A stretch of 64,000 nt of DNA from the human T2T-CHM13v2.0 reference genome, Homo sapiens. The stretch lies in the NCBI RefSeq assembly GCF_009914755.1, contig NC_060927.1, one strand, 5' to 3'. Positions within the stretch are counted from its first letter, which is position 1, and each line of letters begins with the position of its first letter. The notes under the pieces were generated by a model, which had not been told where the DNA came from, ran no database searches, and was given only the letters and a program-made list of their open reading frames with translations. A program made the position numbers and the translations under genes. Shown here one piece after another: positions 41,137-57,878 of the stretch.

Positions 41137-42153
41137 ATGGGGAAAAAACAGAACAGAAAAACTGGAAACTCTAAAACGCAGAGCGCCTCTCCTCCTCCAA
41201 AGGAACGCAGTTCCTCACCAGCAACAGAACAAAGCTGGATGGAGAATGATTTTGACGAGCTGAGAGAAGAAGGCTTCAGACGATCAAATTACTCTGAGCT
41301 ACGGGAGGACATTCAAACCAAAGGCAAAGAAGTTGAAAACTTTGAAAAAAATTTAGAAGAATGTATAACTAGAATAACCAATACAGAGAAGTGCTTAAAG
41401 GAGCTGATGGAGCTGAAAACCAAGGCTCAAGAACTACGTGAAGAATGCAGAAGCCTCAGGAGCCGATGCGATCAACTGGAAGAAAGGGTATCAGCAATGG
41501 AAGATGAAATGAATGAAATGAAGCGAGAAGGGAAGTTTAGAGAAAAAAGAATAAAAAGAAATGAGCAAAGCCTCCAAGAAATATGGGACTATGTGAAAAG
41601 ACCAAATCTACGTCTGATTGGTGTACCTGAAAGTGATGTGGAGAATGGAACCAAGTTGGAAAACACTCTGCAGGATATTATCCAGGAGAACTTCCCCAAT
41701 CTAGCAAGGCAGGCCAACGTTCAGATTCAGGAAATACAGAGAACGCCACAAAGATACTCCTCGAGAAGAGCAACTCCAAGACACATAATTGTCAGATTCA
41801 CCAAAGTTGAAATGAAGGAAAAAATGTTAAGGGCAGCCAGAGAGAAAGGTCGGGTTACCCTCAAAGGAAAGCCCATCAGACTAACAGCGGATCTCTTGGC
41901 AGAAACCCTACAAGCCAGAAGAGAGTGGGGGCCAATATTCAACATTCTTAAAGAAAAGAATTTTCAACCCAGAATTTCATATCCAGCCAAACTAAGCTTC
42001 ATAAGTGAAGGAGAAATAAAATACTTTATAGACAAGCAAATGTTGAGAGATTTTGTCACCACCAGGCCTGCCCTAAAAGAGCTCCTGAAGGAAGCGCTAA
42101 ACATGGAAAGGAACAACCGGTACCAGCCGCTGCAAAATCATGCCAAAATGTAA
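41137..42153 (+). CDS. ORF1: LINE-1 ORF1p (RNA-binding/nucleic-acid chaperone), intact 338 aa
   Basis: MGKKQNRKTGNSKTQSASPPPK...; coiled coil, RRM and CTD with REKG, ARR and YPAKLS motifs intact; apparent R98Q and S254L versus recalled consensus. Confidence 0.98.
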   Translation: MGKKQNRKTGNSKTQSASPPPKERSSSPATEQSWMENDFDELREEGFRRSNYSELREDIQTKGKEVENFEKNLEECITRITNTEKCLKELMELKTKAQELREECRSLRSRCDQLEERVSAMEDEMNEMKREGKFREKRIKRNEQSLQEIWDYVKRPNLRLIGVPESDVENGTKLENTLQDIIQENFPNLARQANVQIQEIQRTPQRYSSRRATPRHIIVRFTKVEMKEKMLRAAREKGRVTLKGKPIRLTADLLAETLQARREWGPIFNILKEKNFQPRISYPAKLSFISEGEIKYFIDKQMLRDFVTTRPALKELLKEALNMERNNRYQPLQNHAKM

Positions 42154-42192
42154 AGACCATCGAGACTAGGAAGAAACTGCATCAACTAATGA

Positions 42193-46043
<3,851 letters not shown>

Positions 46044-46086
46044 ACAATGAGATCACATGGACACAGGAAGGGGAATATCACACTCT

Positions 46087-46120
46087 GGGGACTGTGGTGG
46101 GGTCGGGGGAGGGGGGAGGG
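46087..46120 (+). other. G-quadruplex-forming G-tract of L1 3' UTR
   Basis: ggggactgtggtggggtcgggggaggggggaggg. Confidence 0.75.
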
Positions 46121-46247
46121 ATAGCATTGGGAGATATACCTAATGCTAGATGACACATTAGTGGGTGCAGCGCACCAGCATGGCACATGTATACATATGT
46201 AACTAACCTGCACAATGTGCACATGTACCCTAAAACTTAGAGTATAA

Positions 46248-46272
<25 letters not shown>

Positions 46273-46280
<8 letters not shown>

Positions 46281-46495
46281 TCTGCACAGCAAAAGAAACT
46301 ATCATCAGAATGAACAAATAACCTACAGAATGAGAGAAAATTTTTGCAGTCTATCCATCTCACAAAAGTCTAATATCCAGAGTCTATAAGGAACTTAAAC
46401 AAACTTACAAGAAAAAAAAAATCTCATTCAAAAGTGGGCAAATAACATAAACAGACACTTCTCAAAAGAAAACATACATGTGGCCAACAAACATA
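46273..46495 (+). mobile_element. Older L1PA ORF2 fragment, right part (continues 39919-40235)
   Basis: aaagaacttctgcacagcaaaagaaactatcatcaga ... ggccaacaaacata; collinear continuation across the L1HS. Confidence 0.92.
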
Positions 46496-47602
46496 GGAAG
46501 TAACTTTTTGTTTCCCTACCAAACTGAGCAAGGAGAGACTGGATTGCCTACAGCCAATATATGAATCAACATGTGACTTCTGTCAAAAAGCACCTCTTTT
46601 TTAAGACTAATCAACTTTTCATGAAAATGAAGGCCAAGATTGATAGGCAATGAGAATCAGTGTATTTTTTCCAAGCATAGGTATAGTCTTTTGACACTGA
46701 TTACTTTTAATGGCCATCCATTCTCAGTGGTTCTTTGTGCCACTCAGGGTCACTCAGTGTCCTCCCCATAGATATATTTACATGAATGAATAAAAGGTCT
46801 CAGTGAGCATGGAGGAAAGCATCTAAGGATTAAAGTAGTCCTGGCATGTGGTCCCCAAGAAGGTATGGAGGAAGTGCCTCAGAAGTAATGCATTTTTATT
46901 CATTTATTTAGTAGCTGGTTTGTACTAGGAGCTGGGAATTCACAAATGATTGTTAAACTCTGTGCTCTTAAGGGTCGTCATCCTCTCTGCTTTACTACAA
47001 TAAAAGTGGTCAGGATTAAGGAATGATGCTATGTACAAAAGAGAAGGGCTATTGATTTGGACATTTAATAATATTTTCTCAGTCTTCCTTATCAATGACA
47101 CACATTCCCTCCCATCCCACATTATCTTCCTGAGCCACCGCATTGCCTAGACCTTCACAAAATATGGGTGGTAGGGAAGGGTGGATTTATGTGATTTGCC
47201 AGACTTTAGGAGTAAGACAGCTGGTATATCTAAAACCTGTAACAATTACTTGTATTATTTCTATGCCTTACCCAAAAACTTCTAATTGGCATGTTAGACT
47301 TGACCAAACAGATTAACAAACCATTCCATAACGATCGATCAGATTAATGCTAAGATAATTGGATTGTTTCATTAGAAGGGTCATAGGAATAGAGAGAGAC
47401 CAATAAGATCCTATGTTTCTTGAATATGAGGCATTACATGAAAGAAATTACACCCAGCAGCATCTTCAAATTAGTATCAGTGTTCTATTGCTGAAACTAA
47501 GTCATAAAATATGTATATGCTAAATACCTAGTGAAAGGTAAAAAGAGAAATCAGGAAGCCATCCACTACTAAGGCAGCAGAATATAAATAAATCCCACTT
47601 GA

Positions 47603-48046
<444 letters not shown>

Positions 48047-49399
48047 TTTTTCTTCCTTTTTTTAAAAAAACAAACAAACGAACAAAAAAAAAACTTTACA
48101 AGAAATCCACTGCTTACTAACAGGAGCAATGACACAACTGCTTCTCTTATATTTGCTTCTGCACACATTCCTTTCAGGTGGAATGACTGTGGCTCTGTGC
48201 CATCTCGAAATCTACTGGTCTCTAAGCACAAACGAACATTCTCTTAAACTAATGAAATGAGTGGCAGGCAGGTAAGTGGAAGCAAAATTGCTTGTGGTAA
48301 ATGTGGGTGGGCGGAAAATATTAGCTGCTTGATAGGTTTTTAAAAATGCTGTAATAATATTTTTCATGTAATTAATAGCGTGTGCAGAGCACCAGCAAAG
48401 GCTCAGAGGGATGCCCACAGAGTTCCACCGCAACCGTGCACAGAGGAGGAGGAGAATGCTCCCTACAGGTGAAAACTAGGCTAATACACAATGATTGAAG
48501 ACTAAAGGTAACCTTGCACTCATAACTCCAAAAGACGCATTTGCCACAAGTCAGGCAGGAGTTATGTTTACTCTGCTGTAAGCCCCCAAAACCACTTTTG
48601 TTAATATTTATGTAGCTCACCTGTATCTCTGAAGATACATTGTTTTTTTTTAAGTACAGAAAGAGTGAGTGGGAAGTTATTAATATCCATTGCTGACAGT
48701 GATTGTCAAAATTCTTAAAAAAGTAAAGGATCAATTGAAAAGAAAATAATGTTAGATTTATGTAGTAAAATATTCACAAAGCTGCATGAAGAGTCTTTGG
48801 TTGGAGAAGCCTTGCTCTGAATCTACTTCGTAAGCTTCCTCTTAAAAATGACTGGTTTCAACAAGCTGTTTCAGTCAAATAGGCCAGTTAACCCCCAAAT
48901 TCAAAGGAAAAAACAATATCTACAATCATGCTGGTCTGTTTGATGGGATTCACCAGCTATAAGTGTAAGATAAAAGAATAATTAGTGACCAAATGTTGTA
49001 ATAAGATATGTTATAATAGAGATCATATGTCATATAACAAAAAATTCATCTAGGGTTGTTTCTAAGTCTTCCCTTTTTAAACTTTTAGAAAACAAGCAGC
49101 ATTTTAAAAGATGGAATATAAAATTCATGGCTAAGAAGTTAGAATTTTACTTCACTGGAAAAGAAAGTTTATTTTTGGTAAATAGAAATGAGATTAACAA
49201 ACATTCTAGAATGGGTATGAGGTAATTTGTATTATTTGAAGTACATAGGTAGATTTTAAGGACAATTCGAGAACAAAGCTTAAGACCTAATGTGTAGAAA
49301 TTATAGAAGAAATAATTGTATTATGTTTATTGAAGGAAATTCACAGCTTTTCCATAAAGAAGAAAGCAAGAAAAAAAAAAAGAGAAGATTGATCCTGTG

Positions 49400-49570
49400 A
49401 TATGAAGGCTTCAGCTAGGGGTTGTAAGGAATACAACAATAAATAAGACAGAGCTTCTGCCTACAAAGACCTTACAACCTACTGGTTGAGGCAGACAGAT
49501 GCAGCAAACAGTTTTAATAGAAGGCTGAATGTGATACACATTGAGCAGTCAAGAGAAAAAATGTTATTTA
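49400..49570 (-). mobile_element. L2 LINE fragment
   Basis: aataagacagagcttctgcctacaaagaccttacaacctactgg ... gcagacag. Confidence 0.6.
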
Positions 49571-49875
49571 CAACACGGGCTGCAGTTTGAGCCACAACGA
49601 TAGAAGTATTCCTTCCAAGGAGAGCATTGCTCTTACCTTCCAGAAAATATTTTTATGTAACTCTTCTGGCTGTGTCTCTTCTTCCCACTCTGGCAGGTCT
49701 ATCAAAGAGAAGAGAGACCAAGAGATATAAAGTATAGAAATATGGGCTTGCCGTCTAGCCACTCTAGAATGAATAAGTTTAGAGGAGGGCACAGAGATTT
49801 AAAGAAAAGGAGGAAGAGGAGGGTCAACGGAGAAACAGGAAGTTACTAAAATTAGAGGTGTTAGTGAAAATAGAA

Positions 49876-50299
49876 TGTTATTGACTGGAATTACGTCTCT
49901 CCCAAAAAATCCATACATTAACATCTCAACTCCCTCCCCTCCCAAACCTCCCCCAGCTCAGAATATAAATAACCATACATGGAGCTAAGTTCTTTAATGA
50001 AGTAATTAAGTTAAATGAGGCCTTTAATGTGGGCCCCTAATCCAACATGACTGCTGTCTTTATAAGGATGAGAAGAGCCACCAGTGGGGCGCATTCACAG
50101 AGAAACGGTCACATGATGAGGCAGCAAGAAGGCAAAAATTGCGAGCCAACAAGAGAGGCCTCAGAAGAATCCAACCCTGGTGCCGCCTTCATTTTAAACT
50201 TCCAACAACCCCAGAACTGTGGAAAAAAATTCTATTTTTTGTCTGTGGTATTTTGTTATGGCAACCCTAGCAAACTAATACACTGAGCAAACTAATACA
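49876..50299 (+). mobile_element. MaLR solo LTR (MLT1A/B-like)
   Basis: tgtta start; taattaagttaaatgagg ... ccctaatccaacatgactg ... gagaggcctcagaagaa ... tgttatggcaaccctagcaaactaataca end. Confidence 0.88.
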
Positions 50300-50552
50300 T
50301 TAAACAGAATATTAAAACGAACAAAACATACTGTTATTTTTAGTATGTGCTATAGTCTGTATCTATTTATTATCATTAAGCTTTTAAAAATTCTATGCAC
50401 ACAACAATTTTGTAGTTATAGTGTTTTGGGGAATAAAAGGGAAAAGATGTTTGAGGGAACATAAAACAGAAGACATCAGCTGTAAGGAAGGAGTCTATAA
50501 ATATGTAATTAAGAATTCAACAAGAACAAGAATTTAGTAAAGCTAAGAGAAG

Positions 50553-53500
50553 AATGGGAGGATTCTAGAAAGATGATGGAGAAGGAAGCACCAGAAATCT
50601 GTCCCTTTACCAGATAACAGTTGTACTGGCAGAATCTGTCTGCTTAATTATTTTGGAACTCTAGAGTGTACTGAAGGCTTAGAAATTTCCGGGAAAGGCT
50701 TGAAGAGTAAATGGTGACTAATTTTGTCCAATCTCATCAATTAGCAGAGTAGTAGCTACCATTCACCCAACCCCCAGTGTCTTGGCAGGCAGTTGTACAC
50801 ATATTACCTAAGCAGCATGCACACATTTTGTGGGGAGTTGAGGGGAGGGTAAAAATGACCCTGCCATCCAAAATATCAGGGGTCTATGCACTGATCACTG
50901 ACTGCTGCTTGCAGTCACAGAAGTGCAGACAAAGAGGTGCCATCCGTGGTTGTTGCATGTCCCCTCACGGGTGCAAGCTGAAATAGAGAACAGAAATATA
51001 ACAGGGAAAATCAACAAAACCAGAAGTTGGTTCTTCAATAAGATCAACAACATTGACAAACTTTAGCTATAGATGGACTAAGAAAAAACAGAGAAAACTA
51101 AAATTACCGAAATCTGAAATAGAAGTGAGGACATCGCTACTGATTCAACATAAATAAAAAAGATTATAAGAGAGTACTGAGAAAATTGTATACCAGCAAA
51201 TTGGATATTTCTAGAACCACAAAACCTACCAAAACTATGCCATAAATAAATAGAAAATCTGAATATATCTACAAGCAGTAAAGAGATTGGATCATAAATC
51301 AAAAATCTCTTGAAAACAACAGCCCAGTAACTGATGGCTTCACTGGTGAATGCTACCAAACATTTAAAGAACACTAATCCTTCTCAAACTTTTCCAAATA
51401 TTTGAAGAGGAGGGAACATTCCCCTTACTTATTCATGAAGCTAGCATTACCCTGATATCAAAGCAGAAAAAGACACTGCAAGAAAAAAACTACAGACCGA
51501 TATCCCTTATGAACATTGATGCAAATATCCTTAACAAAATACTGTAAAACTAAATTCAGCAGCATATGAAAGGATTATACACAATTACCAAATAGAATTT
51601 ATTCCTGGAATAAAGGATGGTTTGAAACAAAAATTGATCAATGTAATATACACATTAACAAAATAAAGAGGAAAAAAAACACATTATCATCCCAATTTTT
51701 GCATTTGTCAGAATTCAACATCCTTTTACAACAAAAACAATCAACATACTAGTAACAGAAGAAAACTACCCCAACGTAAGAAAAGCCATATATGAAAAAC
51801 CCATGGTGAACATCATAATCAATGGTGAAAGACTGAAAACTTTTCCTCTCAGATCAAGAACAAGGCAAGGGTGTGTGCTTTCATCACTTCTATTCAACAT
51901 AATACTAAGCTCATCCACAGCAATTAGGCAAGAGAAAGAAATTAAGAGGAGTATCCAAATTGAAATGGAAAAAGTACATTTATCTCTCTTTGGAGATATA
52001 TGATCTTCTCTATAGACTACTACAAAGATCACACACACACACCTGTTAGAACTAATAAATAATTTCAGCAAAGTAGTACACAAAATCAACGCACAAAATC
52101 AGTTACATTTCTATACACTAAAAATGAACAATCTGAAAAGAAATGTTTGGAAATAATTCAATTTATGAAAGCATCAAAAACAACAAAATACTTAGGAATA
52201 AACTTAATAATAAGAAAGATGTACAATAAAAACTATAAAACATTGCTGAAAGAAATTAAAGAAGTTATAAGTAAATGGAAAGACATCTCATGTTTACAGA
52301 TTGAAAGACAACACTATTAAGATATCAATACTACCCAAAGTGAACTACTAGCTCGATACAATCCCAATCAAAATCCCAATGACATTTTTTGCAGGACTTC
52401 AAAACTTACTACATAGCTATAGTAATCAAAACAGTGCAGTAATAGCATAAAGACATATATAGGCCAATGGAATAAAATACAGAGCCCCAAAATAAAGCTT
52501 TGCCTGTATGATTAAATAATTTTCGACAAGGGTACCAAGACTATTCAATGGGGGAAAGGACAGTATTAACAAATGGTGCTGGGAAAACTGGATGTTGAAA
52601 TTCAAATGAGCGAAGTTGGACCCTTACCTAACACCATATACAAAAATTAACTGAAAGTGAATAAGGGACCTAAATGTGAGATGTGAAACTGTAAAACTCT
52701 TAGAGAAAGACAGGGCAAATCACAACATTTGATGGCAATGATTTCTTGGATATGACACCAAAGGCACAGACAACAAAATAATAGACAAAAAAGGCAAGTT
52801 GAACTTTATAAAAGTTTTTACAAATGGCTCTGAAAGACACTATCAACAGAGTAAAAAGGCAATACACAGAATGTTAGAAAATATTTGCAAATACTATCAT
52901 AAAAAGAATATTCAGAATATTAATTGAATATTGCCCTTATTAAAAAAAAATGGGCAAAAGACTTGAATAGACATTTATCTAAAGAAGACACAGAAATTAC
53001 TAATAAGCACAGGAAAAGATGCTCAACATCACTAATCATTAGGGAAAAGCAAATCAAAACTACAGTAGATGCCATCTCACACTCCTTATATAGCTGCTAT
53101 TAAAAAAAAAAAAACAGAATATAACATGTGTTGGTGAAGAAGCAAATAAATTAAAACAATTTTGCACCGGTGGTAGGAATGTAAAATGGTACAGATGTTG
53201 TGGAATACCAACACCTGTACCATTTTACATTCTTACCACCAGTTTGGTAATTCCTCAAAAAATTGAAAATACACTTACCATATCATCCAGCAATTTCACT
53301 TCTAAGTATATTCAAAAAAATTGAAAGCATAATCTAAAAATATATTTGTATACCCACGTTAATAGCATTATTCACAACAGCTAAAACATGGAAGCAACCT
53401 AACTGCCCAGTGACAGATAAATAGATAAGCAAAACGTGTTTTTTATATATATGTATATATATATATATGCACACACACACATACACAATGAAATATGATT

Positions 53501-53856
53501 CAAACTTAAAAACAATATTTCTGACATATGGTACAACATGGATGAAACTTGAAGGCATTATGCTAAGTGAAATAAGCCATTATTCCACTTATATGAGGTA
53601 TATAGAGTACTCATACTCATAAGGACGGAAAGTAGGATGGTGGCTTCTAGGAACTGGAAAGAAGAAGGAATGGGGAGTTATTTTCGAATGGGTATAGGGC
53701 TTAGTTTTAGAAGATGAAAGAATTATGGAGATGATAGTAGTGATGGTTGCACAGCAATATAAATGCACTAAATGCCAGCAAACTGTACATTTAAATATGC
53801 CTAAGACAGTAAATTTTGTTATATGCATATTATCATAATTTTTTAAAAATTGGAAA
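50553..53856 (+). mobile_element. Ancient L1 (L1MB-like), both termini present, large internal deletion
   Basis: 5' end homologous to 10322-10730, joined at about 50980 directly to mid-ORF2; L1MB 3' UTR; degenerate TSD aaagctaagagaag / aaagttatgagaag. Confidence 0.9.
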
Positions 53857-55569
53857 AAAGTTATGAGAAGTACCTAATTTCCCCAACTCTGCCCAGACCT
53901 ACCAAAATGATGCCCTTGATATGTTTTGGAAATTTTGAAGAAGACTCTGAATGTCTTTGAATATATGGAATTGGAACTGAATAATTTTATTTGTATATTT
54001 AAGAAAAAAGGGATTCCAGTAGTGTGAGCAAATGGAAGGATCTGGATTCCCACACACCCCAAAGCAATAGTCTATAATCAATATTGAGGTTCATGGAGCT
54101 GTTGACTTTAGAGTTAGTTTCTCACATATCAAGGCAATGGAGAACATACTAGCTGAGTCAGCCAACATGATCAAAGACAGTATCTGCAAACCTCTTAAGA
54201 ATCCCAGAGTCCATTACATAAAGCAAGTGAGAACATTCACATTTTATTATAATGACCTCTTCAGGGTCCTCCATGTAATGTACAGTTCAATGTTCCATCA
54301 CTAATATCTTATATAAAAGAAAACGCCATCTATATGGTGCTCAAATTATGTGGTGAAAAAGGTCAGCAGTCAAGAGATTGAACTGTGGAATTCATTAACA
54401 ATCACTTTTTAGAAAACATGATTAATACCTTGCAAGACACTGAAAATTTCTTTATTCTGCTGAGGATAGCAGTGATTCCATAGGCATTTTCAATAAAATC
54501 ACATTCAGTTGTAATACAAGAAGAAGGTGTTCTTATATTGCATTCAAGAGACTTACTTTTTGCATGGAGACATTTGATTTTCATGAAACACTTTGAGAAA
54601 ATTGGTAGGCATTTCCCATTCCATAAGAACGATGCCATTTGAAACTTAGTACCTCTCTCCTATGAGTTTTAATAAGCTTAATAAGTATTATGACAACATT
54701 AACTGCATTTTACTAATAATGAATTGAGATACTAAAAGATTGTGGCTGACTCCATGACACCAAGAATGTCAATCATATAGAGATGAAATCCAAAACCTGG
54801 TTAATCTGCACTTTACCTACTGGATTTCTGGTTGTGTTTTATTATCTCTGAATTGTACAGAATTTCAATTACGAAACAAAAAATACAATAGTGAATAATC
54901 AGTAAATCTTGTCAGCACTCACTTCTTATTTTTCAAAGCCACTATAACTGTCACTATTTCATTTATTGATGTATTTTTGGTGCCATCCAATCTCTACAAT
55001 CATCCTACACATTTCTCTACAGGCTATGCAACTGACCCTAGACTCAAGAACTGAAAGATCACAAACTGAGCTCTCCTAGGACCCCAGAACATGAATTGCT
55101 ACCAACAGAGATTCTGAGAATGAGGAAATGGTGATAAATATATTCCCTAGGTAAATAAACAATGGTTCAGTCAAGACTTAAGATGTCTTTCTTCCAGGCT
55201 GCATAGCTCCTTTAATCTTTCTCCTGCCTTGGGCCCAGGCACAAAAAAGAGTTGATTCCCTTTAATAAATAAGTCATCTACTTCACAGAGTTCATATCAT
55301 GAGGAACGAATCAGAAAACATATGTGAAAATTGCTTTGAAGTCATGTTATGATTTTCAAATGCATGCTATTTTGTGTTCTTTGTCTATCATCACTATTAT
55401 AATCATTATTATATGCTGACTAAGAGAAGAAAAGGTGGCTATTTCAACCACTGTTGGAAGAAAAGGACTGTAAACAGGGTTTCACGCTGAACATTTTTGG
55501 CTGCTGTTTGTTGCTGGGAAAGTATTGGAAAAAGAAAACAAACTGTTAATATTAAAAAACAGGCAAACT

Positions 55570-55930
55570 ATTTTTTAAATTTTTTAAGTATATGCATCCA
55601 TGAAATTTAGAAAATGTATTACTAGTCATATTCGATTAGAGAAAAAGGAATTTAGGAAGTTTTTTAAATTAGTAAAAAATAAAAATAATAAAAAATGAAA
55701 CCCATAGCCTATCACCTAATGCTAAACACCACTAACATTTAATATTTTTTCCCACAGGATTTTTTTTATATGCTTGAGTTTGGTTTTATGCTACAAATGT
55801 CATAGTATACATAAAATATTGCATCCTTCCTTTTTACTCATTTTTTAACAAAAGTATTTTTGTTGTTTATAGTAACTACAGTGCTCAATGATAGATTTTA
55901 TTTGTAATATCTATAAGATATTGTATTAAC
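55570..55930 (-). mobile_element. Very old L1 (L1ME-like) 3' UTR fragment
   Basis: cccatagcctatcacc ... accactaacattt ... catagtatacata ... tgcatccttcctttttac; heavily diverged. Confidence 0.45.
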
Positions 55931-57297
55931 ATTTACAGTTGAGGATCATAAAAATCATCCTGAAATTAAATGTTGAAAAGAAACTGAACATAATTGATAA
56001 AACTTACTTTGAATAATTCTGGATTTTTATTTTCATCATTCGACTCTCTTTAGTGTTTTTAAGATTAAAATCCATACATACTTTCCATGCATTGAAGTTT
56101 CATTTTGTATAAAAACACTTCAAAATGTAGACTTTTATGTAAACTGTACATCATTTATGACAATTTTCTTTGTAGGATTATAACTGTTGTGCATAATTTT
56201 ACTCTGTATATAATTAACTTCTAATAATTTTTATTTGACTTCATCAATGCACTGCTTGCTAATATTCAGAGGCCTGCTCTGTAGTACAGCAGCATGAACT
56301 TTTCAGAACTTCAAGATAATTATTCAGAATAATGTCTGCCAACAAATGTTTGGAACACAATCTGTAAGTTGGAGAGGTGCTGCAGTTAGATATTTTGAGT
56401 CTTATCAATTCCTTATAAGGAATGCTCTTTGAATTCTGATAAATGCAATAAGGTGAAACAGCTACTGGGTCCATTAATTTTAAACAAGGATGATGAGATA
56501 ATCTTGCATCTATTTATCTATTTCTCAAATACAAAAACTTTGTGTCTCTTATTTTGGATAAAAAATGTGATGGAAAAGGGATTCCTTCTTATTACAATAA
56601 CAAAATATTTTACTTTCACAGGCCATACCAATGCTTGACTTCTTTCAAAAGCAGACAAAAACCAACAACAAAACCTCTTATATCAGGAGATTGCAGTGGG
56701 ATTCAGGTTTATCCTTGAAACCCCACAAACACTTCAAGAAAGCCACAGTTTAATTCTTGCTATTGATGGTTCTTTGGGTTCATCCAAAGGAATAATATTT
56801 TTGTACTATTAATCTGTCTGTAAGCATTTTTTTCTTAGTGCAGTTTTTACATTTAACTAACAAGAGTAGTATTTTTTATTTATGTAACTGGATCTCTCCA
56901 GATTAGGTATTTTTTACTGATGCCAGAAGAGAACTTAAAAGAAGCTGAAGAAAGAAAACACATTTCAAAGACACCCCAGTGGGGATCAATTAGCACCTAT
57001 AAATGTTTATATAATTCATCACTTACTGCCAAACTAATCTTTTTAAAACAGTTTTTTGTCAAATCAGAATCTTGTTCAATAACTTCTCCACAGATATTAA
57101 ATAAATCCCAACTCGTAACTCTGTATTTTAAGACAGCCATCAACAAAATTTGTCTTATCTATTTGTACTACTACTAAGACAATTTCAATTAGTTTTTATT
57201 GAAATAAAAATACCCTCTCTTTTATTTCCCTCTTTATTCCCTCTTTTCTTCAGTCTACCAGTTCAAATACCATTTTATTTACCACATACACCTCACT

Positions 57298-57878
57298 ATT
57301 TTTTTATTCTAATTTTTATTTTAAGTTCTGGGGTACATGTGCAGGATGTGCAGGTTTGTTACAAAGGTAAATGCGTGCCATGGTGGTTTGCTGCACCTAT
57401 CAACCCATTACCTAGGTATCAAGCCCAGCATGCATTTGCTCTTTTTCCTAATGCTCTCCCTTCCCCAACCCCACCCTTCAACAGGCCCAAGTGTATGTTG
57501 TTCCCCTCCCTGTGTCCATGTGTTCTCATTGTTCAGCTCCCACTTATAAGTGAGAACATGTGGTGTTTGGTTTTCTGTTCTTGCGTTAGTTTGCTGAGGT
57601 TAATTGGCTTCCAGCTCCATACATGACCCTGCAAAGGACATAATCTCATTCCTTTTTATGGCAGCTTAGTATTCCATAATGTATATGTACCACATTTTCT
57701 TTATCCATTCCATCATTGATGGGCATTTGGGTTGATTCCATGTCTTTGCTATTTTGAATAGTGCTGCAATAAACATACACATGCATGTGTCTCTGTAATA
57801 GAACGATTTATGTTCCTTTGGATAGATACCTAGTAATTGGATTGCTGGGTTAAATGGTATTTGTTGTTCTAGATCTTT
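57298..57878 (-). mobile_element. 5'-truncated L1PA (L1PA7/8-like) 3' end
   Basis: Antisense 3' UTR: ttaagttctggggtacatgtgcaggatgtgcagg ... cccacttataagtgagaacatg ... tctagatctttg; degenerate TSD ctcactattt / ctcagtattt. Confidence 0.92.

Noticed and set aside
50960-51000. Idea that the internally deleted old L1 is a spliced, re-integrated L1
   Set aside because: The sibling copy shows no GT after the 5' breakpoint and no AG before the 3' breakpoint
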